From: a virus | Lineage: Duplodnaviria > Caudoviricetes | IMG/VR virus record: IMGVR_UViG_3300020045_004589 | Coordinates: 1 to 32,663 of that record | Length of the DNA stretch: 32,663 nucleotides | Direction: 5' to 3' (one strand) | Shown here: piece by piece, positions 1 through 8,782 of the stretch | Position numbering within the stretch: the first letter of the stretch is position 1 | Layout of the letters: each line of letters starts with the position of its first letter | Made by a program: the position numbers and the translations under genes | The notes under the pieces: generated by a model | What the model saw: only the letters and a program-made list of their open reading frames with translations | Told to the model about the DNA's origin: nothing | Database searches by the model: none

Positions 1-203
1 AAAAAAGCCATCTCTTGATACTTGTGTTCAGCTTCTGATAGTGTTTTAGCCTTTTCCTCATTAAGAAAAATCTTCTTGGCTCCGTTACATACCACTTCTC
101 GTATATCACTCCAGACAACATCTCTTCTTACTCTTTCGTTGTCTAATTTCCTTGACCTTCGATCCAATTCATCAACATAAGCAACTGATTCCGACCTATT
201 CAT
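1..203 (-). CDS. hypothetical protein, 3' end outside window
   Basis: ATG at 203, GGAGG at 214-218; open to the window edge (MNRSESVAYVDELDRRSRKLDNERVRRDVVW...); not in ORF track. Confidence 0.6.
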   Translation of the reverse strand, partial: MNRSESVAYVDELDRRSRKLDNERVRRDVVWSDIREVVCNGAKKIFLNEEKAKTLSEAEHKYQEMAF

Positions 204-254
204 AAGCTACCATCCTCCGTTATCCCTGGAACTATCTTGTTAACCTCGGACATC

Positions 255-485
255 TCACAGCAACGACCCTGATCGTCTTATAAACTCTATAAACGCTTCG
301 TAAACCTTACCTACATCATCAATTTTTTGGTCTTTATACCAAAAACCACCTGGTTCCATTTTTATTATTTGCTCGCCACCAACGCACATCGCTATAGTTT
401 GAGGCGGCACTTTTATTGCACTGCATTCTCCATCATACTTACTTACCATAACCTCTTCACCATTAACGTTCACTTGCTCGCTCAT
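255..485 (-). CDS. hypothetical phage protein
   Basis: 76 aa ORF, AGGAG upstream, same strand as operon. Confidence 0.7.
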   Translation of the reverse strand: MSEQVNVNGEEVMVSKYDGECSAIKVPPQTIAMCVGGEQIIKMEPGGFWYKDQKIDDVGKVYEAFIEFIRRSGSLL

Positions 486-516
486 GATTCAGTATACTCC
501 TTTCTCCCCTGGTTTG

Positions 517-1032
517 TCATATCTCGGACCACGGCTTGCCTATTTTGGAAAAGTCTCCATCAAACTCCTTGAAAACAAGAAGCATTGCAGTCACTTTGTG
601 ATTACCAAAATATATTTTACCTTTTGAAAATGTCCCTAAAGATGATTCCCACTCACACCCTACGTTCTCGCGATGTCTGAACAATACCGCCTCTCCGTCT
701 TGGGGCCGCCATGCGGGAATGGGTTCGGCGTGTTTCCATGCTGTGCCTTGATCGCAAAAGTATGGAAGCGGGTAGTTTGTAAGATACCCAATTATCAAGT
801 GTTCTGCTTTATTTGATTCGTTGGTATCCCACACCTTACACCGTACCGCCTTCCCCGTCCTCATCATCTCGATAACCCACTCAGGGGCGGCGGTCGTTTC
901 GTCCTTCACTGGTTCCTCCGTGTTGATACCGTTGGCGGCGCAGCATCCGATCCATATATCTTTAGCGTGGCATGCACTTCTAGTGAGATTGTCCATAAAG
1001 TTTCTATACTTCGCATCCTGTTCCTTGTTCAT
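517..1032 (-). CDS. hypothetical phage protein
   Basis: 171 aa ORF, AAGGAG RBS, tightly packed. Confidence 0.75.
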   Translation of the reverse strand: MNKEQDAKYRNFMDNLTRSACHAKDIWIGCCAANGINTEEPVKDETTAAPEWVIEMMRTGKAVRCKVWDTNESNKAEHLIIGYLTNYPLPYFCDQGTAWKHAEPIPAWRPQDGEAVLFRHRENVGCEWESSLGTFSKGKIYFGNHKVTAMLLVFKEFDGDFSKIGKPWSEI

Positions 1033-1036
1033 GGGG

Positions 1037-1399
1037 TTACTCCTTGACCTTTTTCTGAAGCTTCCAACCTTCGTGTTTTACCTGTGCCACAATATCGCAG
1101 AGACTCGCTTGTTCGGCGGCTCCTTCTCCGTTTAGAGCAATATCAAGCTCACGGATGAGGCGGCGATGGTCATCTATAACCGCCTCGTATTCTGACGCTA
1201 CCGTCATCGTGGTTCTTTTTATATAATCAGAAATGATGTCAAAAGCCTCTTTCGCATTACAATGCATGCATTTGTTTGCTTTTCTTGCTATACACGATCC
1301 CCAACCCGCCCCTATAAAATCACACTCAGCAATATAATTTACAATCGTATCCATTGCTCTCTCTACCACATCCATCGTGTTTGCCTCATTCTCACTCAT
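1037..1399 (-). CDS. hypothetical phage protein
   Basis: 120 aa ORF with ATGA overlap to the upstream DnaC-like gene. Confidence 0.75.
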   Translation of the reverse strand: MSENEANTMDVVERAMDTIVNYIAECDFIGAGWGSCIARKANKCMHCNAKEAFDIISDYIKRTTMTVASEYEAVIDDHRRLIRELDIALNGEGAAEQASLCDIVAQVKHEGWKLQKKVKE

Positions 1400-2121
1400 C
1401 TCTTCCTCCTGTAGTCTTCCCCGGTGAACCGGAGTAATACCCCGCCCTCCGAAAGCCTCGACATAATGTCTTCCCCAACATAATTCTCCAAACAGTTAGC
1501 ACACCCTTCCTTTACCGTACAATCCTTCCGTGTGTGCTTGTTCGATATCAGGATCAATGGAAGACCGCGCGTGTGCCTTTTGTCTATCACGTACGAAAGC
1601 CAATTCGCCTCCGACTCTCCCCCCTTCGTTCTCCCTATCTCGTCGATGACAAAGAGCGGATACCGCGCAAGCTCGTCAACGATCGCCAGTTCCGTCTTGC
1701 TCGCAAGTGGCGTGTATGACGCGCGGATCGTGGTTGATATCTCGTACATGGTCATTATTCGTCCGGTTAGTATCTTGAGCGCCGCGATTGCGAGGTGAGT
1801 CTTTCCCGTCCCGTTCTTTCCGGTCATGATGATTTTACCCACACGGCCGTCAACCATTGACCGGACTCGGCTCTTGTTGTGTTCAAGCTCGGGTGTATCG
1901 GTTTTGAAGTTGTCGAAGGTAACGTCGAAGTATGCGGGCTCGATATTCATTTCCCTGAGCTTCGCTATGCGGCTTCGGTCGTACTCCTCTTGTGCGTGCG
2001 CGTCGTGTTTGGCTATACGCTCCTCTGCACACACAGGACATCCGAAGTCAACCATGCGGCCTTCGAGCCCAGGTATGAGGTCATACTCTCCGTGCTGCGC
2101 GCATTTACCAGGCATCCTCAC
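1396..2121 (-). CDS. DnaC/IstB-like AAA+ helicase loader
   Basis: N-terminal CxxH...CxxC zinc motif, TFDNF, Walker A GKNGTGKT, Walker B LFVIDEIG, ISN, SRL, GEDYR; follows replication initiator. Confidence 0.92.
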   Translation of the reverse strand: MRMPGKCAQHGEYDLIPGLEGRMVDFGCPVCAEERIAKHDAHAQEEYDRSRIAKLREMNIEPAYFDVTFDNFKTDTPELEHNKSRVRSMVDGRVGKIIMTGKNGTGKTHLAIAALKILTGRIMTMYEISTTIRASYTPLASKTELAIVDELARYPLFVIDEIGRTKGGESEANWLSYVIDKRHTRGLPLILISNKHTRKDCTVKEGCANCLENYVGEDIMSRLSEGGVLLRFTGEDYRRKR

Positions 2122-2897
2122 TCCTCCAAATCAAGCATAGCCGTCTGTGTATGAACCCTAAGCGGACCACCACGATCGGCGACCGGCACCGGGTTCTCGT
2201 AATCGAGATAGTTGTTCAAGAACGTGCTCGGGTTCTTGATGAACTGGTATTCCTTCCCCGTCTTTCGGATCTCGTCCAGATAGTTTTGAAGGCAAGAGAG
2301 TATAGAGTCAGCCCCTACCCCTCGCTTCATCATTGCCACGTATGTTTTCTCTGCTTGTCCCTTAGATACTTTCTTAGGGTAGAGGGACCAAAAGTTATTG
2401 AATGAATCACTATAATCCCTTTTTGGTTTTTTCTCTTTCTTTATCTTTAACTCTGTCTTTATCTCTCTCTCTAACTCTGGTGTACTTTCGTCGTACATTT
2501 GTACGATCTGTTTTGGTTGTATCTTACTTCTGTATTCCCTTATCCTGTCAGCTTCTGTTGACGACTTGCCCATCATTCCCTGTATCTCATTCATCCATAT
2601 TTCATGACCATCAACGATGGAAATAATATCTAGTTCAACACCCAGTCGTATTGCCTCTTTAACATGCGCTATGTCATGGTTAATGACATTCGCAAGAGTA
2701 GCAACCTTTCCGGGGTCGTATGGAATGCTCGGAGTCATCATTAAGCGGCCGTCATATTTACTCGCCTTCAAGCACATTTTTAGAATAATGAGGCTATAGA
2801 TATAGCCGTTCTCTGACGATTCAAGTATTTTTATATTGTCCTTTTCAAAATAATTATCTTTCAACTTTATGTAGTAATACTTTTGGTTGTCGCTCAT
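2118..2897 (-). CDS. phage replication initiator (replisome organizer N-terminal domain)
   Basis: YYYIKLKDNYF...IKILE N-terminus, STEADRIREYR, E/K-rich linker, C-terminal FWSLYPKK...KNPSTFLN domain. Confidence 0.88.
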   Translation of the reverse strand: MSDNQKYYYIKLKDNYFEKDNIKILESSENGYIYSLIILKMCLKASKYDGRLMMTPSIPYDPGKVATLANVINHDIAHVKEAIRLGVELDIISIVDGHEIWMNEIQGMMGKSSTEADRIREYRSKIQPKQIVQMYDESTPELEREIKTELKIKKEKKPKRDYSDSFNNFWSLYPKKVSKGQAEKTYVAMMKRGVGADSILSCLQNYLDEIRKTGKEYQFIKNPSTFLNNYLDYENPVPVADRGGPLRVHTQTAMLDLEE

Positions 2898-3359
2898 TCA
2901 AAACCCCAATTCAATATCCGAAACGTCTATAAAGTCAGTGGGTTGTCTTCCCATTATCTTGTCTTTCAATTTGTTGTATTCATTCAAAGTCCCTAATTCC
3001 TTCACGGTTCCCTTATAAAGACAAACTATTCCCATGAATACGGAATACTTTTTAATAGGGTCAACGATTCCGCTATCTTTCAATGTGGCGGTTATCGCCT
3101 TGGTGGCTAAATACCACGGAAGAAACTCATGCGGATGCACTGGAATAAGGTTTATGACTTTGAAATCATCATCCAATACATAGTAACCAGAAAAATAATC
3201 GCTATTTGTTCTATCCCTGCCTGATATCAATTCATTTATTTTTTGAGAGTCATCTATTGAAAATACAATATCAATATCGCTGTCTTCTTTTGCGGTTCCG
3301 AATGCCTGAGAACCAGTCAGGAACCCTACTTCAAGAAGGCTGTCAATAAGATTGCTCAT
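2898..3359 (-). CDS. Pol-beta superfamily (minimal) nucleotidyltransferase
   Basis: GSQAFG...DSDIDI motif (hG[GS]x9-13DxD); ATG at 3359 preferred over GTG at 3368. Confidence 0.82.
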   Translation of the reverse strand: MSNLIDSLLEVGFLTGSQAFGTAKEDSDIDIVFSIDDSQKINELISGRDRTNSDYFSGYYVLDDDFKVINLIPVHPHEFLPWYLATKAITATLKDSGIVDPIKKYSVFMGIVCLYKGTVKELGTLNEYNKLKDKIMGRQPTDFIDVSDIELGF

Positions 3360-3371
3360 TCTGTCCACCCC

Positions 3372-3505
3372 AAAAAAAACGGCTTAGTAAGGGAAGAGGC
3401 GGTCAACCTCTTTCGCGCTTGCACGAGCGCGCCCTTACTAAGCCGTTCTATTCTACGTCACCCCGTGCAGGACGACAAGATACATGCCGGTTGACCATTC
3501 CGACA
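3372..3505 (-). ncRNA. structured leader/terminator RNA (three-way junction plus upstream complementary loops; c4/CI-like)
   Basis: perfect 16-bp stem 3378-3393/3432-3447 enclosing two 6-bp hairpins, followed by a U8 tract; hairpin loops are complementary to 3464-3469 and 3489-3496. Confidence 0.8.
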
Positions 3506-3511
3506 ATCACA

Positions 3512-3540
3512 ACTATACACCATAACGCCCGCCGCGTCAA
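3512..3540 (-). promoter_or_regulatory. sigma70-type promoter of replication operon
   Basis: TTGACG-17bp-TATAGT immediately upstream of the structured leader. Confidence 0.75.
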
Positions 3541-3767
3541 TCAATTATAGGAGGCGCGGGCTGTTCGTCCCCGTCTTCCCTGGACATCCAGTGGGTCACG
3601 TCGTCGATCAAGTACCCCCGCGACCCGATGAAGCAATGCCGCCCGAAGGTGGTATCCTTCATGCTTTCATACCGACCAGCGAACACGCCTAGAAGGTCGA
3701 AGTAGTACCATACTTGCGCATGGTCATCGGGCACGGTGTCGGTGATATGGTGCCATTGTCGAGTCAT
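3537..3767 (-). CDS. DUF551-like small phage protein
   Basis: N-terminal W..I.D..P and C-terminal VTHWM motif. Confidence 0.7.
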   Translation of the reverse strand: MTRQWHHITDTVPDDHAQVWYYFDLLGVFAGRYESMKDTTFGRHCFIGSRGYLIDDVTHWMSREDGDEQPAPPIID

Positions 3768-3775
3768 GTTTCCCC

Positions 3776-4018
3776 CTAATCGATTATCGCCCCGGACACC
3801 TTAACGCCCGGCACAAACTGATACCGGCTTGTCCGGTTGCTGATACACCGAAAGATCGCCCCGGATGTGTCGGCGTACCGATGCGCGGCCTTGAGCACTG
3901 AGGACGGATAGACCCGAACGCCGGTAACGAGACTAACGTGGTCGGTGAGGCCCCAGCCGGAAATGACGCAAGGGCCGAGAGTGTCCAGGTATGCCCAAGT
4001 AGCCGCGCGAATGGTCAT
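3776..4018 (-). CDS. hypothetical phage protein
   Basis: 80 aa, TAATG coupling with upstream ORF. Confidence 0.65.
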   Translation of the reverse strand: MTIRAATWAYLDTLGPCVISGWGLTDHVSLVTGVRVYPSSVLKAAHRYADTSGAIFRCISNRTSRYQFVPGVKVSGAIID

Positions 4019-4989
4019 TATGCATCAAGGCCCGCTATCTTGCGAGCTTCCTGGTATATCTTTCGATCGACCTGGATATCGACGGTTGAAGAGCGTTCCG
4101 TCATCTGTTGGGGCTCAGAAGCGACAATGTCAGCGATAAGTGCGCGCAGCTCGTCCGCCTTCCGTCGCTCGTCCGCTCGGATGGTGGCGTCATGCTCGAC
4201 CTGGATCGCGATAAGTTCGTCATCGGTCCACTTGTCATTTATGCCGTGCCAGCTTCCGGTTCCAGGTTTCCCGCCGTGCAGCCTTTCGAGGTGCTTGACA
4301 GCTATCTCCATATCCGACGCTTCCGGCTGCGGTGTGGTGATGGAGTCGACGATGAGGTCGAACTGGCGTACGAAAGAATTGTCACCATCTACATGAATGA
4401 TGTCGACCAATATTCCGCGCACTGTCTCTATCGCCTTCTCCACCTCGGCGCTCATGGGGAGGGAGGGGCGTCGCGGTATGTTTTTGTTTTCCGCAAATTC
4501 CTTTACTCGCGTTATGCATAGGTCTATAGTTGCGCACATATTGAGCACGCCATTATGATAAACCTCGGCATAGATGTATCCAGGGTGGCGCTTGCTCGTG
4601 TGTATGTTTCTGAGTTCGACGCGATCGTCAGCGTCTTGAGCGGCGGGGCGAGGCTCCCAAGCATGGCATGGATATTCTGGACCGGTGCTCGGCAGTAAAC
4701 ACTTACATTCCGGGTAGTGTTTAACGCACGTCTCGCACGTCCTATCCGTCATTGCGGCTGGCATTATGTCGTTCATAGGGACGAAACCTTCCCATGAAGG
4801 CGGTCCGCAATGTGCACAGTCTTTTCCCATTATCGAGCACTGGTTACACGGCTCTCTAGTTGTCGCGTGGCTCTTACCGTCGCACTCGTCGCCGCAGGCT
4901 AAGCCGGTGCATTGGTCGCAAGCCGTTGAAGTATGGACCTTGCCGCATACCGTGCATGCCTGCGGAACGTCGTTTATGTTTGTGCTCAT
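4018..4989 (-). CDS. Cys-rich mosaic hypothetical protein
   Basis: 323 aa with several CxxC pairs in the N-terminal third. Confidence 0.7.
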   Translation of the reverse strand: MSTNINDVPQACTVCGKVHTSTACDQCTGLACGDECDGKSHATTREPCNQCSIMGKDCAHCGPPSWEGFVPMNDIMPAAMTDRTCETCVKHYPECKCLLPSTGPEYPCHAWEPRPAAQDADDRVELRNIHTSKRHPGYIYAEVYHNGVLNMCATIDLCITRVKEFAENKNIPRRPSLPMSAEVEKAIETVRGILVDIIHVDGDNSFVRQFDLIVDSITTPQPEASDMEIAVKHLERLHGGKPGTGSWHGINDKWTDDELIAIQVEHDATIRADERRKADELRALIADIVASEPQQMTERSSTVDIQVDRKIYQEARKIAGLDA

Positions 4990-5171
4990 CTTTTACCCCC
5001 TAGTTTGTGCCCCTCGCCTATAACTCCGTTAACCTTGCATTCCTTCACGCCGTTTTGTCTAAACTGTGATTTACCCCATGGGCAAGCGTATGACATCGTG
5101 CAATGTGACCCGCGACTATCAACACGGTAGTAAAGACAAATACCACTATCGACGTAACGAGGTCGACTCAT
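4986..5171 (-). CDS. small Cys-containing hypothetical protein
   Basis: 61 aa, ATGA overlaps at both ends. Confidence 0.6.
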   Translation of the reverse strand: MSRPRYVDSGICLYYRVDSRGSHCTMSYACPWGKSQFRQNGVKECKVNGVIGEGHKLGGKR

Positions 5172-5659
5172 AGTTTTGGCTCCCTGGCTGATATAATTCT
5201 GACGGCGTAGCGTTTTGTTTTATTGGGTATGGTTTTAGAGTATGGTCCGCAGTTGAACCTCGCCGCCGCCATGTACCACGTCCCGAATCGTCGGTGAAGG
5301 TCGGCCAAGTATCGAAGCGCTACCGTTGCATTGTGTAGCGGATTGCGTATGTCGAATATCTCCGTCTCGCCTCTCCCGTACCAGTAAACCGCCTTCAGGT
5401 GCTCGATGTTTTCCGGACGCGTGTGCAGTTGAAACAACCCCTCCGACGCCCATCCCGTAGCCTCATCCCCCACCGCGTCAGGGTCGCCACGAGAACCGGT
5501 CCACGGGTCGCCCGACTCCTCGAACATGAGGCGCGCGGCAACGGATCGCGGGACACCTTCACGGTCGGCTATGTGCATCACGTCGCGGAAAGTTGCGTCG
5601 TCAATCGGAGCGGCGGAAATGGTGGAAGCGATGAATAGAAGTACCGCGCATAGTTTCAA
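5168..5659 (-). CDS. lytic transglycosylase (SLT domain) with signal peptide
   Basis: catalytic EES, GLFQL, RYL..L.RRFG.W..A..RFN.GP; hydrophobic N-terminus; TTG start after GAGG. Confidence 0.88.
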   Translation of the reverse strand: MKLCAVLLFIASTISAAPIDDATFRDVMHIADREGVPRSVAARLMFEESGDPWTGSRGDPDAVGDEATGWASEGLFQLHTRPENIEHLKAVYWYGRGETEIFDIRNPLHNATVALRYLADLHRRFGTWYMAAARFNCGPYSKTIPNKTKRYAVRIISAREPKL

Positions 5660-5662
5660 TTG

Positions 5663-6055
5663 TCACCTCGTTTGCTCATCTACTGCGACGTCTCTCATTA
5701 TAGCAGACGCCCACGATATCCAGGCTTCCCACTCGGGAGATAGGTCCCACTTGCAAGCCTTCGACCGCATCGTTTCAATCCCGGTAAAGAATGACTCCCA
5801 ACAGGCCCAATCGTGAAACTCGCCGGAGTAAAAATTATCCGCGTGCATAGACATGTACTCATCACGCGTGAGCTTGTACCGGTCTTTGTCTTCGGCCTCT
5901 ACCCATGATCCCTGACCGCGAGCCCATACCGTAGTCGTCCCGTCAAGGTTGAACTCATATGCGCGATCGTGTCCATGTTCGACAAGACAGGGGCCGAGGA
6001 CGGATTGACCGGATAACTCGGCGAGTAGTTCACCACGGGCGCCGTAGTGGTCCAT
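5663..6055 (-). CDS. hypothetical phage protein
   Basis: 130 aa, TAATG coupling. Confidence 0.7.
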   Translation of the reverse strand: MDHYGARGELLAELSGQSVLGPCLVEHGHDRAYEFNLDGTTTVWARGQGSWVEAEDKDRYKLTRDEYMSMHADNFYSGEFHDWACWESFFTGIETMRSKACKWDLSPEWEAWISWASAIMRDVAVDEQTR

Positions 6056-6264
6056 TATAAACGCCCCAAAAGATCATCTAAATATGACGACTTTGAAGCT
6101 TTTTTAAGTTCAAGGGCGGCAAGCCTTGACTTGTAAATGTCACGTTCGTTTGTCATCGCTTTAAGATCTTGACGAAGTCTGTCAATGGTTCCGATGGCTA
6201 CCGTTATACCATGCCCACACCCAGGACATTTTACGATTATCTTGGTTACGTTTTTTTCGTCCAT
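6055..6264 (-). CDS. small Zn-knuckle/coiled-coil protein
   Basis: CPGCGH followed by heptad helix; GGAG RBS. Confidence 0.65.
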   Translation of the reverse strand: MDEKNVTKIIVKCPGCGHGITVAIGTIDRLRQDLKAMTNERDIYKSRLAALELKKASKSSYLDDLLGRL

Positions 6265-6265
6265 T

Positions 6266-6457
6266 TTACTCCCTCCCCACCAGCGCCCGGATGACGGTCT
6301 GGTATCCGGTACGGTCTACCACGAAATACGCCCGGTTAGGCTCGTAGCCTATTTCAGCGCGCGCCCGTGTCATAATTCCGCTGATTGCGTGGTCGATGTC
6401 CATATCAGTCGAAAAAGGTTCGAGCTTGACGATGGACTTGATGATGGTGCTGGTCAT
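6266..6457 (-). CDS. hypothetical protein
   Basis: 63 aa, ATGA overlap. Confidence 0.6.
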   Translation of the reverse strand: MTSTIIKSIVKLEPFSTDMDIDHAISGIMTRARAEIGYEPNRAYFVVDRTGYQTVIRALVGRE

Positions 6458-6666
6458 GATTTTATAGCCTTGTAATTAGCAATAGCCATCATATAGCCAT
6501 CTATAAAAGCCGCGGCCCTTAAAGACGTGTCTCCTTGCCCATACCTTGGACATATATCCGAATAGTCTCTTGGTAAATGTTTGTAAGCATCAAACGTTAA
6601 TTCAGCATCATGTCGAATATCATCCGATGGTGATATCCTTATTTTGTCATAATCAATTTCGTTCAT
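6454..6666 (-). CDS. hypothetical protein
   Basis: 70 aa, ATGA overlap, GGAGG RBS. Confidence 0.6.
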   Translation of the reverse strand: MNEIDYDKIRISPSDDIRHDAELTFDAYKHLPRDYSDICPRYGQGDTSLRAAAFIDGYMMAIANYKAIKS

Positions 6667-6935
6667 TTGTCCCTCCCTGTCTTGTCGTACTCGCGGCCCA
6701 TCCGTTCACACGCCGCCTTTATCTTGTCCCGAAACTGCGGGAACTTGATAGCAAACCCAACACGCCCTAAACGGTGAAAAGCAAAAGGCCCCATCGTGTG
6801 ATGAACCGGGCAAAGATAGATGACGTTCCACGGCTCACGAGGCCCACCGGTTGCGCGGGTGATTATCTCGTGAGGGTCGGACCGTTCATTGCAAATCTCG
6901 CACCGGTGGATCTCGTTACAGTCGTCAAACTTCAT
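6663..6935 (-). CDS. HNH-fold nuclease (Ref/DUF968-like)
   Basis: CEIC...DPHEI...GG...NVIYLCPVHH; probable start ATG 6935. Confidence 0.78.
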   Translation of the reverse strand: MKFDDCNEIHRCEICNERSDPHEIITRATGGPREPWNVIYLCPVHHTMGPFAFHRLGRVGFAIKFPQFRDKIKAACERMGREYDKTGRDK

Positions 6936-7440
6936 TGCGTGTTCCCTGCCCACCGTATACCTTAGTCGGCACGTTATCGACATATTCAGTCAACCAAAGT
7001 CCGTTAGTATCGGCCCACCAGTGGATATATTCAATCAACTTTGCGGACTCCGCTTCCGTTGAATCCGCCTCGCTTATCGGTTCCATTTGGTGCGTTATCG
7101 CGTTAATAATCGATACGCCGTCATCGTCTCTCTGACACGGCCAAAATCCGTCTTTCATGGCCATAAGTTTCAAAGCGCGACCGATCTCTTCGGGCGAGTA
7201 GTGAACGGTTTTTGTGCTCAGTTGTTCCGCTATGTCCTCGTAGTGTCCATGTGTATGCGAGTTTAAGCTACGATAGCCCGTGCTTCGTGGTTTGCTCGCT
7301 TTTTTTAGTTCCAGGTCGTATAGTTCGTCTTTGCACTTCTTTACCAAAGCCGCGTATTCAGCGTGATACTCAACGGGAAGGTCGAACGATATGACGTTAG
7401 CGCTTCCTGTCTTTCGGCGATGAATACGCGGTACTTTCAT
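6925..7440 (-). CDS. NinB/Orf-like recombination accessory protein
   Basis: RS....LNSH.HG...DIA.QL and ....E..KLIEYI..W motifs; adjacent to HNH and SSB-like genes. Confidence 0.6.
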   Translation of the reverse strand: MKVPRIHRRKTGSANVISFDLPVEYHAEYAALVKKCKDELYDLELKKASKPRSTGYRSLNSHTHGHYEDIAEQLSTKTVHYSPEEIGRALKLMAMKDGFWPCQRDDDGVSIINAITHQMEPISEADSTEAESAKLIEYIHWWADTNGLWLTEYVDNVPTKVYGGQGTRNEV

Positions 7441-7448
7441 GGGTTGAC

Positions 7449-8006
7449 CTAAAACACAGGATCATCCACAAAATCATCTTGATGATCTTGTGTTTCCGCT
7501 GTTTTTTCAGGAGGAGGCAACTGTTCCGAGATCATATTTTTTACAAAGTTGGGAATAAAATCGCTAGAAGTATCAGGCTGCCAGTGAATCGATATAACGG
7601 ATTTGCCATCTTCCATGACACGCTGAGCAGGAAGAACGGAAGCAACTTTTACTTTTTCTCCCTGGGGGACAATGTTTAACTGGCAGGCTTTTGTTTTGAT
7701 TTTATCAAGATCAAAACCTTTTCGCTCTTCGTCGGTAAAAGCCTTTCCCCTCCACGAAACAAGATCAACTCCAAGAGTTGATTTATCCGAAATGCTTAAC
7801 GTATATATTTTGGTAATAGTGAAATGCTTTCCGCTTGTTTTAGAAATAGACTCTATTTCCCACAATACAACCACTTTATGGGTAGGCGGTCCACCTTGAT
7901 ACCCCTTTTGAAACCCAATGTCAAAAACGTTTATGCACAAGGCGCGAGTCATCCCAATAGGTATAGGTTCGTATTCCCCACCATTGTCCCTAGCGACTAT
8001 TCCCAT
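7449..8006 (-). CDS. putative phage single-stranded DNA-binding protein
   Basis: 185 aa, Y.P.P.G...A.C..V.D.G N-terminus, acidic tail ending DDFVDDPVF. Confidence 0.6.
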   Translation of the reverse strand: MGIVARDNGGEYEPIPIGMTRALCINVFDIGFQKGYQGGPPTHKVVVLWEIESISKTSGKHFTITKIYTLSISDKSTLGVDLVSWRGKAFTDEERKGFDLDKIKTKACQLNIVPQGEKVKVASVLPAQRVMEDGKSVISIHWQPDTSSDFIPNFVKNMISEQLPPPEKTAETQDHQDDFVDDPVF

Positions 8007-8190
8007 CTTGTCCCCCTTCCAGCTTCCTCAGTTTTTCGGCGTTCACTTCCCCGATACCGCGAATAGGCTTGCCGTGGATTGTCTGCTCCCATTGCTCAAC
8101 CGTTCGTTTGCTGACGCCGAGATTTTCGGCTAGATCGGCTTGAGTCCATCCATATTTAGCCCGTATGCGCCTTGAATCGTTTCCGTCCAT
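7990..8190 (-). CDS. XRE/Cro-type HTH regulator
   Basis: IR.K.GWTQADLAENLGVSKRTVEQWE; ATG 8190 with GGAGG RBS, downstream of promoter. Confidence 0.88.
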   Translation of the reverse strand: MDGNDSRRIRAKYGWTQADLAENLGVSKRTVEQWEQTIHGKPIRGIGEVNAEKLRKLEGGQDGNSR

Positions 8191-8208
8191 GCGTCCTCCG
8201 TTGCTGAT

Positions 8209-8237
8209 AGTGTACATCCGTCCGGCCGTCCTGTCAA
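8209..8237 (-). promoter_or_regulatory. sigma70-type promoter
   Basis: TTGACA-17bp-TACACT; spacer has a GGACGG direct repeat. Confidence 0.75.
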
Positions 8238-8239
8238 GG

Positions 8240-8413
8240 TTATTTTGTAAGTCGATGGATAGCTGCCTCTACCCGTATGTTTTGCTCTATGGCTATTTCG
8301 TATTCAGTAATAAGCTCTAGCATAACCTTGACCAGTTCGGTTTTGCCGTTTTTTATAGCTTCTTGTCGACATAACGATCGTGCGCGGGAGCATGGTTTTT
8401 CTGATGTGGTCAT
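8240..8413 (-). CDS. small hypothetical protein (57 aa)
   Basis: manually translated MTTSEKPCSRARSLCRQEAIKNG...; below ORF-track cutoff. Confidence 0.45.
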   Translation of the reverse strand: MTTSEKPCSRARSLCRQEAIKNGKTELVKVMLELITEYEIAIEQNIRVEAAIHRLTK

Positions 8414-8782
8414 AGTGCATTACCGCTATTTTGTGGCTATTTTTATAAAATCTTCTTTTGAAAATATTTCGTCACCTAGTTTTTTGCCTGGGCGTGGCAT
8501 GTCTCGCATATCAATGCTGCCTCACCGAATTAGAGCGTCCGCCATATGATCAGCGCAAAAGTAGTTGTTACCGATTTGGCATACAGCAAGACAACCACAT
8601 CTTTGCTCCACTCCTCAAAAGCACAGCCAGGAGTGTATTTAGTAGCGATGATTATTTGCCCCTTCATTTCGAACCTCCATTCGGTATCTTAACGTATCCG
8701 CCGTCAATCAGCTTTTGAAGATACTTCCCGTCCGACGTAAGCCGCTCCACTATAGCCGCCTCGTCCCGTCCTTCCATGCGCT

